A stretch of 64,000 nt of DNA from Acidimicrobiia bacterium (GCA_031406385.1 JANOHI010000012.1:7110-71109), one strand, 5' to 3'. Shown: positions 9,301 to 16,833, numbered from the stretch's first letter. Numbers and translations are program-made. The notes: generated by a model from the sequence alone, not told the origin.

Positions 9301-10404
9301 GCCATCACATTCCCAGCGAGAACCGCCAAGGCCGTGCGTCTCAAAGTCTTGCGGGTGAACTTCAGTGGTTATGCGGGAGGCGCAAAGCCTTGGTTCTGGC
9401 CGCCGCCGGGCAGCCCGGATCTCGAACTTCCGGGATACGCGCTCTATGGCCCGGCGATCATCCGAGAGCTCGAGGTGTATGCCGCGACAGCTACAGGCCC
9501 GGCGCCTGCGACGACCACGTCATCAAGCTCTACGACTACGACCTTCGGAACATCGACCACGACGTCGCTGATCCCGCCGAGCACCACGAGCAGCACTGTG
9601 GCCCCTGCACCTTCTACGAGCGTGCTCACGGTTCCGGGTGTGGTGAGCACGATCGGACCGACGAGCTCTGTGGCGCCGTCAGTCACGCCGTCATCCATAC
9701 CCTCGACAACGTCCACTTCGCTCACGCCGAGCAGTTCCACGTCAGCTCCACCGACCACGACCACTGCACCGAGCTCGTCGACCACGACCACACCACCGAC
9801 CACCACCACTGCACCGAGCACCACCACTGCACCGACCACGACCACACCGACCACGACCACTCCACCGACCACGACCACTCCACCGACCACCAGCGCACCG
9901 ACCACGACCACTCCGCCGGCCACGAGCGCACCGGCCCTGACAGTCCCGGTGTACGTGTACACGCCGCCCCCGGGACAGACGTCACTGAGGCTGCCGCCAC
10001 TTTCGCCTCCCGAGCCCGTCGGGAATCCTGCTCCGCCATCCTCGACCAGTACGCCAACGACGATCACGAGCATTCCCGAGCCTCTGGTCTTTGCCACGGG
10101 CCGTACCGATGTGATTGTGACAAACACCTTAAATGCCGCGGGAGTGACTTCGGCGGTGCCGACCTCCACCAGCGCCAAGCGAAGGACATCCACGACGATT
10201 CCGTCGTTGCTCCCCCTGGTTCCGGCGCGCAAGGAATCCGCAAGCAAAACTCTTCCTCGCAAAGCGAGCCCGACAACGACGGCCCCGAAGGCCAAGAGGA
10301 AGGCCGCAGCGACCTCATCGCGCGCTGCGTCCCGCAAAGCCGTTCGCCAGACGACCCGGACCACGTCTCGTTCAACAACACGCGTCTCCACTCCGAATCG
10401 CTGA
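6400..10404 (+). CDS. large secreted multidomain protein: clan GH-A-like glycoside hydrolase + discoidin (F5/8 type C)-like domain + Thr/Pro/Ser-rich tail
   Basis: It has an N-terminal TM/signal (LWLGVITLVALATLIPVI). The motifs YWEAWNEPN and PIWITEFAF match the acid/base and nucleophile Glu contexts of clan GH-A. A discoidin-like segment ends at VRLKVLRVNF. A ~300-aa T/P/S-rich tail ends in a Lys/Arg-rich stretch. Confidence 0.8.
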   Translation: MSIDRRTGNPLSKAPRGLWLGVITLVALATLIPVIDSIVSTVRVSAAAPESTQASPAVLTPSPYSVAPCGVLRPADEPSSPTIVLKPRVVSASIRPDAMVSFDSGLVLVDGAGSKMMGLATDGTVRWSYATNTDSSAGDRGSLAVDPSGSTYRVKYPNEVLKLSPTGQTLWTATLSSPIARIFGTVVQGTWRVVVVTSTSTRVLSMAGADVGSAPVSGRSSTPTGDGGLLVSDGTYVRKYRPSFVPQSVFGSPYKDNDPMPEGAPLHFYQQGDAVELLDGRILVGDGGWGVWLVDSRGLVLGLVPTAELGGLTEQPKLVIIGSELYYTAGAKFTNDQKVLALPISDLVARAVQNGGGARLGFGAGLVTSVAGNYFAPGSPATVELELDAWWGSIGAASLQYTVRRSSEVAADAPAITQSMAIAPGARQALALPPPVPGAYEVDARLLVDGTPVGATCLHYAIGAPGHSLNMATLPPGADAGGPSGPRGVALADELGTGSHRITLHWNRLLDPAGLTTFDNYDAEIKAAAAESARRGVPFSVQLGEGGVERAFVDNGTWENRTREVVAHWAPYVDYWEAWNEPNITFGSAAAYVDQVLVPFRRAVRAADPGARVIGGSPVGMSIQYFREIGQAGGFNSMDIVAIHPYTGHNRSWEEEGVPGRIQELKAILTSNGKSAMPIWITEFAFWSNGPANWFAQADKSARVVIWNKALASGVWQYFLPEGSWGNDGVTFSAIETGGPVKPAALALMETKNQLTGRTFSGWITTNTPHTYAARFGPAPGGNDQLVVLWADDQSLDGTLSTDRALDATLIDQYGASGPLALSETETKLTFRSSVQYVRLPADADLSISAGSAWGKNLAATEAGGVAVASSSSPWNPPSAAIDGIADARGVGEFPGSPAWASAVGDPLPTLTVTLSPSASVNTVLFSTAGLGSVLSGVRDIDVEVQASDGTWAYVGGVRDLFFERASAITFPARTAKAVRLKVLRVNFSGYAGGAKPWFWPPPGSPDLELPGYALYGPAIIRELEVYAATATGPAPATTTSSSSTTTTFGTSTTTSLIPPSTTSSTVAPAPSTSVLTVPGVVSTIGPTSSVAPSVTPSSIPSTTSTSLTPSSSTSAPPTTTTAPSSSTTTTPPTTTTAPSTTTAPTTTTPTTTTPPTTTTPPTTSAPTTTTPPATSAPALTVPVYVYTPPPGQTSLRLPPLSPPEPVGNPAPPSSTSTPTTITSIPEPLVFATGRTDVIVTNTLNAAGVTSAVPTSTSAKRRTSTTIPSLLPLVPARKESASKTLPRKASPTTTAPKAKRKAAATSSRAASRKAVRQTTRTTSRSTTRVSTPNR
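9745..9925 (+). repeat. imperfect short tandem repeats (ACCACGACCAC / CCGACCACC units) encoding the (T)nP(P) linker
   Basis: Reiterated ccgaccacgaccac(t/a)cc units are visible. They translate to TTTTPPTTTTAPSTTTAPTTTTPTTTTPPTTTTPP. Confidence 0.8.
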
Positions 10405-10488
10405 CGATCCACCAGCCGAGTTCGAAGGCAACTACTATGCACACCTACGGACTGGAATCAACCTGCCAACCCTAAACACCTAGATGTC

Positions 10489-11619
10489 TCATGTTCGCGC
10501 CTCGAGCAGTCTCTCGATTTGCCTCATAATCTCCGTCCACTCGTACGGTGCGGCTGCTTGAGGTGCCTTCGACGACCACGCTGCGAGGGTGTCGCCACTC
10601 AGTGCGTCGCCGAGCAGCAGCGCCAATTCATCTACATCGTCGGGGTTTTGTTGGAGCAGTCCCGCACCAGAACCGGCGATCGCTGAAGCCGCTCCTGCAA
10701 GGCTGGTCGTTATCACTGGTATCCCCATGGCGAGTGCTTCGACGATCACGATGCCGAACGGCTCGTACTGGGTCGGGAGTAGAAAGAGATCGGCAGCGGC
10801 GAAGGACTTCCCGACGTCGTTGGTCGGGCCGTGCCAACGCACGCGGCCCTCGAGGCCGAGCTGCTGGATAAGCCGGGCGTAGTCGGAGATGTCGGCCTTG
10901 CCCACCACGTGGACCTCGACGCGTTGATCGGCGGTGAGTGCGACCGCCCGCAAGAGCACCCCGAAACCCTTTCGGTGAAGTTCGTTGCCGACGAAGAGCA
11001 CTGCGATGGCTTCGTCGGCGATGCCCATGGCTGCCCGGGAGGACGCACGTTCGCTGACGCGTCGCTCGGCCGAGAACTCGGAAGCACTGAATCCGTTGGG
11101 TATCACCACGATCGCTGATGGATCGACCCCGTAGTGCGCGATCAGGTCCGCCTTCACCTGTTCGCCGACGACCACGACCTTTCGAGACCCAGAGGCCCTG
11201 AAGTAGATCCGCTCGAGGCGCAGAAGGGTTCGGTGGCGAGGCATCAAGAATCGAACCCATGCGGGTATCGACAGTCCTTTGACCGGGATAGGTCGGCCTG
11301 CCCGGAGCCACGCTCGGTGCACGCTTCCGACCATCAACAAATCACCGGGGGGGCAGTTCGCACCGAGAGTCACCACGCGATCGACCCCGATCGTGCGCAA
11401 CGCCTCGGCGGCAAGATTGCGGAACTTCGCCGGGCGTTGAGCATCGGCGCGCTCAATCTCGATATGGCGGATTCCGGCCGGCAGGAGTTCGGGCGACTCC
11501 AGTTCCCCTCCGACGAACCACGTGGTGTGTCGTTCGCCGAGATGCCGCAACAACTCCCAGGCGACGCGTTCGACCCCGCCCCGTCGGTGGGCGCCACTGA
11601 ACACCACGGCGACCTTCAC
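10489..11619 (-). CDS. glycosyltransferase family 4
   Basis: 376 aa with a GTG start. It has the N-terminal MKVAVVFSGAHRRGGVERV and the C-terminal GT-B motif EPFGIVIVEALAMGIPVITT. A GTGA overlap with the upstream GT4 gene lies at 11616-11619. Confidence 0.9.
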   Translation of the reverse strand: MKVAVVFSGAHRRGGVERVAWELLRHLGERHTTWFVGGELESPELLPAGIRHIEIERADAQRPAKFRNLAAEALRTIGVDRVVTLGANCPPGDLLMVGSVHRAWLRAGRPIPVKGLSIPAWVRFLMPRHRTLLRLERIYFRASGSRKVVVVGEQVKADLIAHYGVDPSAIVVIPNGFSASEFSAERRVSERASSRAAMGIADEAIAVLFVGNELHRKGFGVLLRAVALTADQRVEVHVVGKADISDYARLIQQLGLEGRVRWHGPTNDVGKSFAAADLFLLPTQYEPFGIVIVEALAMGIPVITTSLAGAASAIAGSGAGLLQQNPDDVDELALLLGDALSGDTLAAWSSKAPQAAAPYEWTEIMRQIERLLEART

Positions 11620-12701
11620 GCGCAGACCGACCGATAGAGCGCGGCGAGCTTGTCCGCGTGCGTCTCAATCGAGTAGCGCTCGCGCTGAACTGCCTGGAGC
11701 CGGGCACCCAGTTGGGGCCGGTCCGGGCGCTCGGCCGTGTGGCGCAGCGCAGCCCCCAACGCGTCGGGATCACCTGCCGGGTAGAGCAGTTCGGGGAAAT
11801 CCCGAAGTATCTCCCGGTGGCCTCCACCGTCGGCGGCCAGCACCACAAGACCGTCGGCCATCGATTCGGCGACGCTGAGCCCAAATGGTTCGTCTGATCG
11901 GGGGGCGAGTTGAAACGCCGATGCCGCCCGGATCGGACAAAGGTCGGTCTGAGCTCCAACGAACTGAACCGAACCTTTCACTCCCAAGGTGCCGGCCAGT
12001 CGTTCCAGCGATGGGCGCTCTGCTCCATCGCCGGCGATGACCAGTCGCCAACCTTCGCTCCCGAGCTGGGAGCGCGCCCATCCACGGATCGCTTCATCGG
12101 TTCGCTTCTCGCGTTCGAGGCGCTGCGCAACCAGCACCTGTCTTCCGGCGTTCGGGACGAGTTCGGCGCTCGCAACGCCGTTTGGGATGACGATTGTGGT
12201 TCCCGGGACCCGTTGAGCCACATAGTCGCTGATTGCGATCTGCGCAGACAGCCGTGACGAAATGAAACGATCGGCGGAGCGGGGAATTCCGCGTGACTGA
12301 GCAAAGTGAAGTGTCGCAACCACCCGTGATCGCCGCAGTGCGCTCACTCCCACGGCAACCATCTCTGCTGCGGTCATGTGGGCGTGGATGACATCCGCCC
12401 GACCGCTTCGCAGCAGCGCGTACGCAACTGCTGGGGAACTCGTCGCCTCCCGGTGTTTGACGCTCTGGGGCAGTGCTGAACGCATGCGGACGGGATCTCC
12501 CCCGATCACTTCCACGGCGAACCCGCGTGCGACCAGTGCCGGGGCCACCATCGTTATGTACCGTTCGACACCGGCAAATGCGTCGGATCGCACGACGTGG
12601 ACTACTCGCATGGACGGATGCTTCTCATCCCCGTCGTCGTCGTCTGCCCGGCCCTGCCACGTTCGCACGCTATCGGGGCTTCGGTATTCGTCGGACAACA
12701 C
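11616..12701 (-). CDS. glycosyltransferase family 4 (start may be the internal ATG at 12611, MRVVHVV..)
   Basis: It carries MRVVHVVRSDAFAGVERY and EPFGLSVAESMADGLVVLAADGGGHREIL. The longest start lies 3 nt after the stop of the cyclase-like gene. Confidence 0.85.
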   Translation of the reverse strand: MLSDEYRSPDSVRTWQGRADDDDGDEKHPSMRVVHVVRSDAFAGVERYITMVAPALVARGFAVEVIGGDPVRMRSALPQSVKHREATSSPAVAYALLRSGRADVIHAHMTAAEMVAVGVSALRRSRVVATLHFAQSRGIPRSADRFISSRLSAQIAISDYVAQRVPGTTIVIPNGVASAELVPNAGRQVLVAQRLEREKRTDEAIRGWARSQLGSEGWRLVIAGDGAERPSLERLAGTLGVKGSVQFVGAQTDLCPIRAASAFQLAPRSDEPFGLSVAESMADGLVVLAADGGGHREILRDFPELLYPAGDPDALGAALRHTAERPDRPQLGARLQAVQRERYSIETHADKLAALYRSVCA

Positions 12702-12704
12702 CGG

Positions 12705-13883
12705 CTAGTGACGGATCGCCGACTTGGTCGTAGCCAAGGTCGATAGCCACGCCAGGTGCAGCAACATCGAGGTGTTGGCGTGCGGCTCGGATTCGGTTGA
12801 CCAGTGAGTCTTCAACCACGACGCGTCGATGCCTTCGGGGAGTCCGGTGCCGTCCCAGCCACGTGCGAACTCGCGAACAGCCGGCCCAAACATCGCGCGG
12901 GTGAGGTGGGATTTCGTTTCCCGGCGGAGCAGTGCCGGCGGGAGCCGATCTCGGAAAGCAGTTTCTATGAGTCTTCGGCGTCCGGAGTGCCGATAGGGCG
13001 GTAGAACGAAAGCCGCCTCCTTGACGATATCCGGGTCCATGAGAGGACTTCTCACCTTGAGTCCACACCACTCCCCGAACGCACCCATGTTGTGACGGAT
13101 CGTCTGGACACTTGGTCTGCCGAGGTAATACGTGACCCAGCTACGAGCCGAGAGGGGCTCTCTCGCCGCCTCAATCGAGCCCTTCTGTATCGCCTCAGAC
13201 AGCAACTCTTCGCTGAGCCAAGGAAGATCCCATCCGAATCGATTCTGACGTTCGATCATCCTCGCCCGTAGGGAAACTGGCGCAACCATGAAGGCAAGAT
13301 CTCGTGGCACCGAGCGAAGGTCCCAAGCGAAAATCTTCGCCTTCATCTCCGGCAGAGCCCCTAGCCGCCGAGGACCAAAGACTTCATCGCCACCTTCGCC
13401 CGTAAGCAGAACACCCGGCGCTAGTGAGCGCCAAATGTCAGCCCTGGTCAGTAGCCCTGGCGGCCAAACTGCGCCAAGGTCACGAAGCGCTTGTTGTGGT
13501 CCCGGCCCGAGCAGATCCAGATCCGGGTTCGTCCGAACGATCGCATCGGTGATCCCGAGAAAACCCAGGACCAATTCCTGGTAGCGCGTCTCGTGCGTTT
13601 CCGTCAGGTCGGGAAAACGGAAGGTGACCGGAACCGGAGGATCATGGGAGGAGGAGCGGCAAGCTTCGGCTGCGGCAGCGAGCACAACGGACGAGTCGCA
13701 GCCGCCGGAGAACTCGACGTATAGCGGTTGGTCGGTGAGTTCACGAGCGACGCGCTCGACCAAGCACGCCCAAAGATCGCCACACCGCTCTTCGCCCGCC
13801 GGCGGGAAGGCAACGCCACCGGCCCAAGAGAACGGGTAGTTGAAGAGCTGTTGGTCACGGTCAGGCGACAGAACCGAGACCAC
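12705..13883 (-). CDS. asparagine-synthetase-domain protein: lasso cyclase homologue lacking the N-terminal domain
   Basis: 392 aa with a GTG start. The PP-loop YVEFSGGCDSSVVL is already at residue ~55, so there is no room for the ~200-aa N-terminal domain. It lies 31 nt downstream of precursor A2. Confidence 0.8.
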   Translation of the reverse strand: MVSVLSPDRDQQLFNYPFSWAGGVAFPPAGEERCGDLWACLVERVARELTDQPLYVEFSGGCDSSVVLAAAAEACRSSSHDPPVPVTFRFPDLTETHETRYQELVLGFLGITDAIVRTNPDLDLLGPGPQQALRDLGAVWPPGLLTRADIWRSLAPGVLLTGEGGDEVFGPRRLGALPEMKAKIFAWDLRSVPRDLAFMVAPVSLRARMIERQNRFGWDLPWLSEELLSEAIQKGSIEAAREPLSARSWVTYYLGRPSVQTIRHNMGAFGEWCGLKVRSPLMDPDIVKEAAFVLPPYRHSGRRRLIETAFRDRLPPALLRRETKSHLTRAMFGPAVREFARGWDGTGLPEGIDASWLKTHWSTESEPHANTSMLLHLAWLSTLATTKSAIRH

Positions 13884-13914
13884 TGCGACGGACTCGTGGC
13901 GTGAACGTCAGGCG

Positions 13915-14103
13915 CTACGACGCAAATTGAAACCCGCCAACACCATTGGGAAGATCTCCTGGCTGCAAGGGTCCGCCCTGGACCGAGTAGAAACCGTCGG
14001 ATTTCGGGAAGAGCGGAGACTGCGCCAGCGTGAGGTCCTGCACAGACCCGAGGGTCTGGATCGCGGGAGCTTCGTAGGGCAGCTTGCTAGAGGAGTTGTT
14101 CAT
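13915..14103 (-). CDS. lasso-type precursor peptide A2 (62 aa: MNNSSSKLPYEAPAIQTLGSVQDLTL / AQSPLFPKSDGFYSVQGGPLQPGDLPNGVGGFQFAS)
   Basis: The leader fits YxxPxLx3Gx5Tx (Y10,P13,I15,G19,T25) and aligns position by position with the A1 leader, including the shared LTL(G/A)Q junction. It sits directly upstream of the cyclase-like gene. The C-terminal residue is Ser. Confidence 0.7.
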   Translation of the reverse strand: MNNSSSKLPYEAPAIQTLGSVQDLTLAQSPLFPKSDGFYSVQGGPLQPGDLPNGVGGFQFAS

Positions 14104-14145
14104 ATACCCAGTCTACCGAGCAGGGGACCATGACCGGCATGCCCG

Positions 14146-14664
14146 GTGTCCCCTAGGGGATTGCGCTATCCACTAGGCCGAGGAGCCGGGCCTAGGGTGC
14201 TCCAGGTGGAGCTCGTCGAGACCCTTTCCGCGTTGTGCCGAACCTGTGGCTCGTGCTGCGATGGCTCACTGTTCGAGCTCGTAGTGCCGTCGGAGGGGGA
14301 CCTCTTCGAGGTTCGCCAGCCGTGCGAATTCCTTGCGGACCTGACGTGTCAACGGTACCTCGAGCGCCCTCGGTCGTGCCGGAAGTTCCACTGCGGCGTT
14401 CTCGGCAGATTCGCAGATGGGAGCAGTTCCGCAGACGAGGCTGGAGATGCGATCCGGAAGTTTCGTGAGGTCGTTTCCGACTTGTCCGCTCGCCTTCCGG
14501 GCGATCCCGGGAAGGCATTGGCTCGCCGTATCTATGAGTCCGAGCCAGAGTTGATGCTGAGGGCGCGAAACGGTGAGTCCGTTGCCGTCGATACGCTGTT
14601 TCTCGTCGCCGGCTACCGCGAACTCAGGCTGCGATTCATTGGTTCCTCTGACTGGAACGGATGA
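14146..14664 (+). CDS. YkgJ/CxxCxxCC-family cysteine-cluster protein (start possibly GTG at 14197)
   Basis: CRTCGSCCDGSLF ... CEFL..CQRYLERPRSCRKFHC matches the putative zinc/iron-chelating CxxCxxCC domain pattern. AGGAG at 14181-14185 favours the 14197 start. Confidence 0.7.
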   Translation: MSPRGLRYPLGRGAGPRVLQVELVETLSALCRTCGSCCDGSLFELVVPSEGDLFEVRQPCEFLADLTCQRYLERPRSCRKFHCGVLGRFADGSSSADEAGDAIRKFREVVSDLSARLPGDPGKALARRIYESEPELMLRARNGESVAVDTLFLVAGYRELRLRFIGSSDWNG

Positions 14665-15634
14665 TCCCGCCGGACGGTGAACCGCTCACGATGTTCGCCA
14701 CTGCCTCGAACAGCTCCGCGTTGCGCTCTCGATCGTAAGCATCAGCCCACGGCACGTCCATCACGGCGACCGGCAACCGTGCGGACAGCGCAGTCGCCGC
14801 TTGGAACTCCTGCATTTGATAGGTCGGTCCGCTCCACCCGATGAGACGAGACGACGGGAGCAACCAACGAAGTGCCTCGAGGGGGTCGGCAATCCGCAAG
14901 GTCACTTCAGAGGCGTCTCGGGACGCCCGAGGGATCACAATGCCAGCGAGCTCACCCGAACCGTTGTCGATCGCCTCTGGTCTAACGGCGATCCGGCCAT
15001 CGGCGGTACGGCGCACGACCCCGCGTATGTGATCCGCCAGGTAGCCTGCCCTTTCGCGGAGGCGAAGTTCGACGAGACCGGTCGACACGGTGAGCGAGCC
15101 GATGCCTTGGATGTTCTGAACGCAGGAAACATCGTCGGCGACCAGTTTCGCACCTTCGGATATCAGGGTTGCGGCCACCGTGCTCTTGCCGACCCCCGAA
15201 GGACCGGCGATGGCCACTCGAAATCCGTTGATCGCGACCGTCGTTGCGTGGAGGCAGTACGCACCCCTCAGGGTGGTGAGCGCGGCGAAGACCGCCCCCT
15301 GGAGTAGCACTGCGGCGAAGTCCGCATCATCGCCTGGCGTGAGCACCACCCGGACGGAGCGCAATTGCTCGTCCACCCAGAAGTCCGCATGGCCCGCATA
15401 GCGCATGCAGTATCCGCTCGTCGGTGTGCGAGTGATCGTGAGTGGCCAGTGCAGCGGCGAGTCGAACAACTGCTCGCCGACGGGCGGGTCCTCCGGTACT
15501 TCGGCCCATTCGATCGGCCCTACCGAAACGTCCGCTGGGCCCGACGTCTCCAGCGCGGAGATGCGAAGGCTTGATGTAACGGCCAAACCGTGCAACGAAT
15601 ACGTCGACGGTTCGTCCGAGAGGTCAGTTCTCAC
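14636..15634 (-). CDS. HprK-related kinase-like P-loop protein, copy 2
   Basis: 332 aa. The P-loop IAGPSGVGKSTVAATL followed by VADDV gives the same architecture as the 964-1869 product. Confidence 0.75.
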   Translation of the reverse strand: MRTDLSDEPSTYSLHGLAVTSSLRISALETSGPADVSVGPIEWAEVPEDPPVGEQLFDSPLHWPLTITRTPTSGYCMRYAGHADFWVDEQLRSVRVVLTPGDDADFAAVLLQGAVFAALTTLRGAYCLHATTVAINGFRVAIAGPSGVGKSTVAATLISEGAKLVADDVSCVQNIQGIGSLTVSTGLVELRLRERAGYLADHIRGVVRRTADGRIAVRPEAIDNGSGELAGIVIPRASRDASEVTLRIADPLEALRWLLPSSRLIGWSGPTYQMQEFQAATALSARLPVAVMDVPWADAYDRERNAELFEAVANIVSGSPSGGIIRSSQRNQ

Positions 15635-15949
15635 GTAGCGACGTCTGAGCGGCGGGAACGAAGTTCCACCCTGGGTTCGTGCCGATCGGCGCAGTCAACC
15701 GCGGGACGCTTTCCACTCTGTCATCTTTGCTCACTCCGTCGCGGGCCGGGGCATCAACAAGCCGGTCCACAGGAAATGGCAATTCCCCGAGTGGGCCCCT
15801 AGGAATTCTGATTTTCGCGATTCGGCTGGCACTTGGCGTCCGCGACCTGCGACTTCGCATAAACTGCCCCTGAGACAAGAGGCATTTCCCTCTCCAGTTT
15901 CGCGATCGCGCGGTCGACATCAAGGTAGGCAAGCGCCGATGGAGTCATT

Positions 15950-16222
15950 GTGGAACGCACGTATCAACTGAGGAAGGCCGAACTCACCTGGCGCGAAGTC
16001 GGCGACGCCATCGTGATCTTGGATCTGTCCGATTCTTCGTACCTGTCGGTCAGCGGAGCGGGACGCGTGATTTGGGACCGCCTCGACAGCGGCGCAACGC
16101 TCGCCGAACTGGTGGCCGCCGTGGTGGAAGTGTTCGACGTGAGCGAAGCGTTGGCCGCCTCGGACACGTCGTCGTTCCTCGATGCGCTGGAGGATCGCAA
16201 ACTCCTTGTTGCCCGGGCCTAG
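15950..16222 (+). CDS. PqqD-family protein (stand-alone RiPP recognition element / lasso B1)
   Basis: 90 aa with a GTG start and GGAG 5 nt upstream (15941-15944). AIVILDLSDSSYLSVSGAGRVIWDRLDSGATLAELVAAVVEVFDV..A..D..SFLDALEDRKLL is the classic PqqD pattern. Confidence 0.8.
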   Translation: MERTYQLRKAELTWREVGDAIVILDLSDSSYLSVSGAGRVIWDRLDSGATLAELVAAVVEVFDVSEALAASDTSSFLDALEDRKLLVARA

Positions 16223-16833
16223 TTCTTCGCCTTGGCGTCAGGCTCGGCCAAGAGTCCGAGCTCGTGCGCCCGTGCCATCGCTTGGGCCCGGTTGCGCACG
16301 TCGATCTTGCGGAACAACAACCGTTGGGTGTTCTCGACCGTCTTGATGGCGATACCCAGCGTCCGAGCCGTCTGCTTGACCGATTCGCCCCTTTCGATGG
16401 AACGGAGCAGGTCGAGCTCACGCCCCGAGATCGAGATCGGTGAGATCGGTTCTGGATTGCCGCTCCGCAGCGCACCGCACAGCGAATCGACCTGCAACTC
16501 GGTCAGCACGGCCCGACCATCCGCAGCAGTGTGAACCGCCCGAATCAGCGCCTCGACGGTTTCGTCGTCTGCGACCACTGCGAGGGCGCCGGAGCGAACG
16601 GCTCGGAGGAGTTCGGCACCATCCGGTGCGGACCGAACAGCGAGGACGGCCTTCGGGGAACGCGGAGTCAACCCGGCGAGAAGATCAGTGCCTTCAGTGC
16701 CTGTCACGACCACGACATCAGCTGCGTCGGCATCGGCCAGGACCACGTGCTCATCCAACACGCGCGCCAGCAGTGCGACCAGCAGAGGTTGGTTGCCAAC
16801 GACTGCCGCCGATGGCCGCGCCGGCCTCGTCAC
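16219..16833 (-). CDS. LuxR/NarL-type HTH regulator with degenerate receiver-like N-terminal domain
   Basis: The C-terminal HTH reads ISGRELDLLRSIERGESVKQTARTLGIAIKTVENTQRLLFRKIDVRNRAQA. The proposed GTG start at 16833 overlaps the upstream stop (GTGA, 16830-16833). The longer 282-aa ORF would overlap the upstream gene. Confidence 0.75.
   Translation of the reverse strand: MTRPARPSAAVVGNQPLLVALLARVLDEHVVLADADAADVVVVTGTEGTDLLAGLTPRSPKAVLAVRSAPDGAELLRAVRSGALAVVADDETVEALIRAVHTAADGRAVLTELQVDSLCGALRSGNPEPISPISISGRELDLLRSIERGESVKQTARTLGIAIKTVENTQRLLFRKIDVRNRAQAMARAHELGLLAEPDAKAKN

Noticed and set aside
9745-9925. Short reiterated DNA units that could superficially resemble a repeat array or CRISPR.
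   Set aside because: The units are 9-15 bp with no spacers. They lie inside a coding region and translate to a Thr/Pro linker, so this is not a CRISPR.
9252-10475. Long alternative-frame ORFs (407 aa on the plus strand, 332 aa on the minus strand) across the PT-rich region. Their products are His/Asp-rich or Val/Gly-rich.
   Set aside because: They are by-products of the ACC/ACG/CCG repeat DNA. The in-frame continuation of the 1334-aa protein explains the region.
15624-15932. A 102-aa minus-strand ORF directly upstream of, and overlapping by 11 nt, the second kinase gene. I considered it as a third precursor (its C-terminus is ..RLTAPIGTNPGWNFVPAAQTSLREN).
   Set aside because: It has no YxxPxL leader motif and a very Arg-rich N-terminus. 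By my hand count, third-position GC is high only in the last ~28 codons and mediocre upstream. It remains unresolved rather than supported, and ribosome profiling or homologue comparison would settle it.
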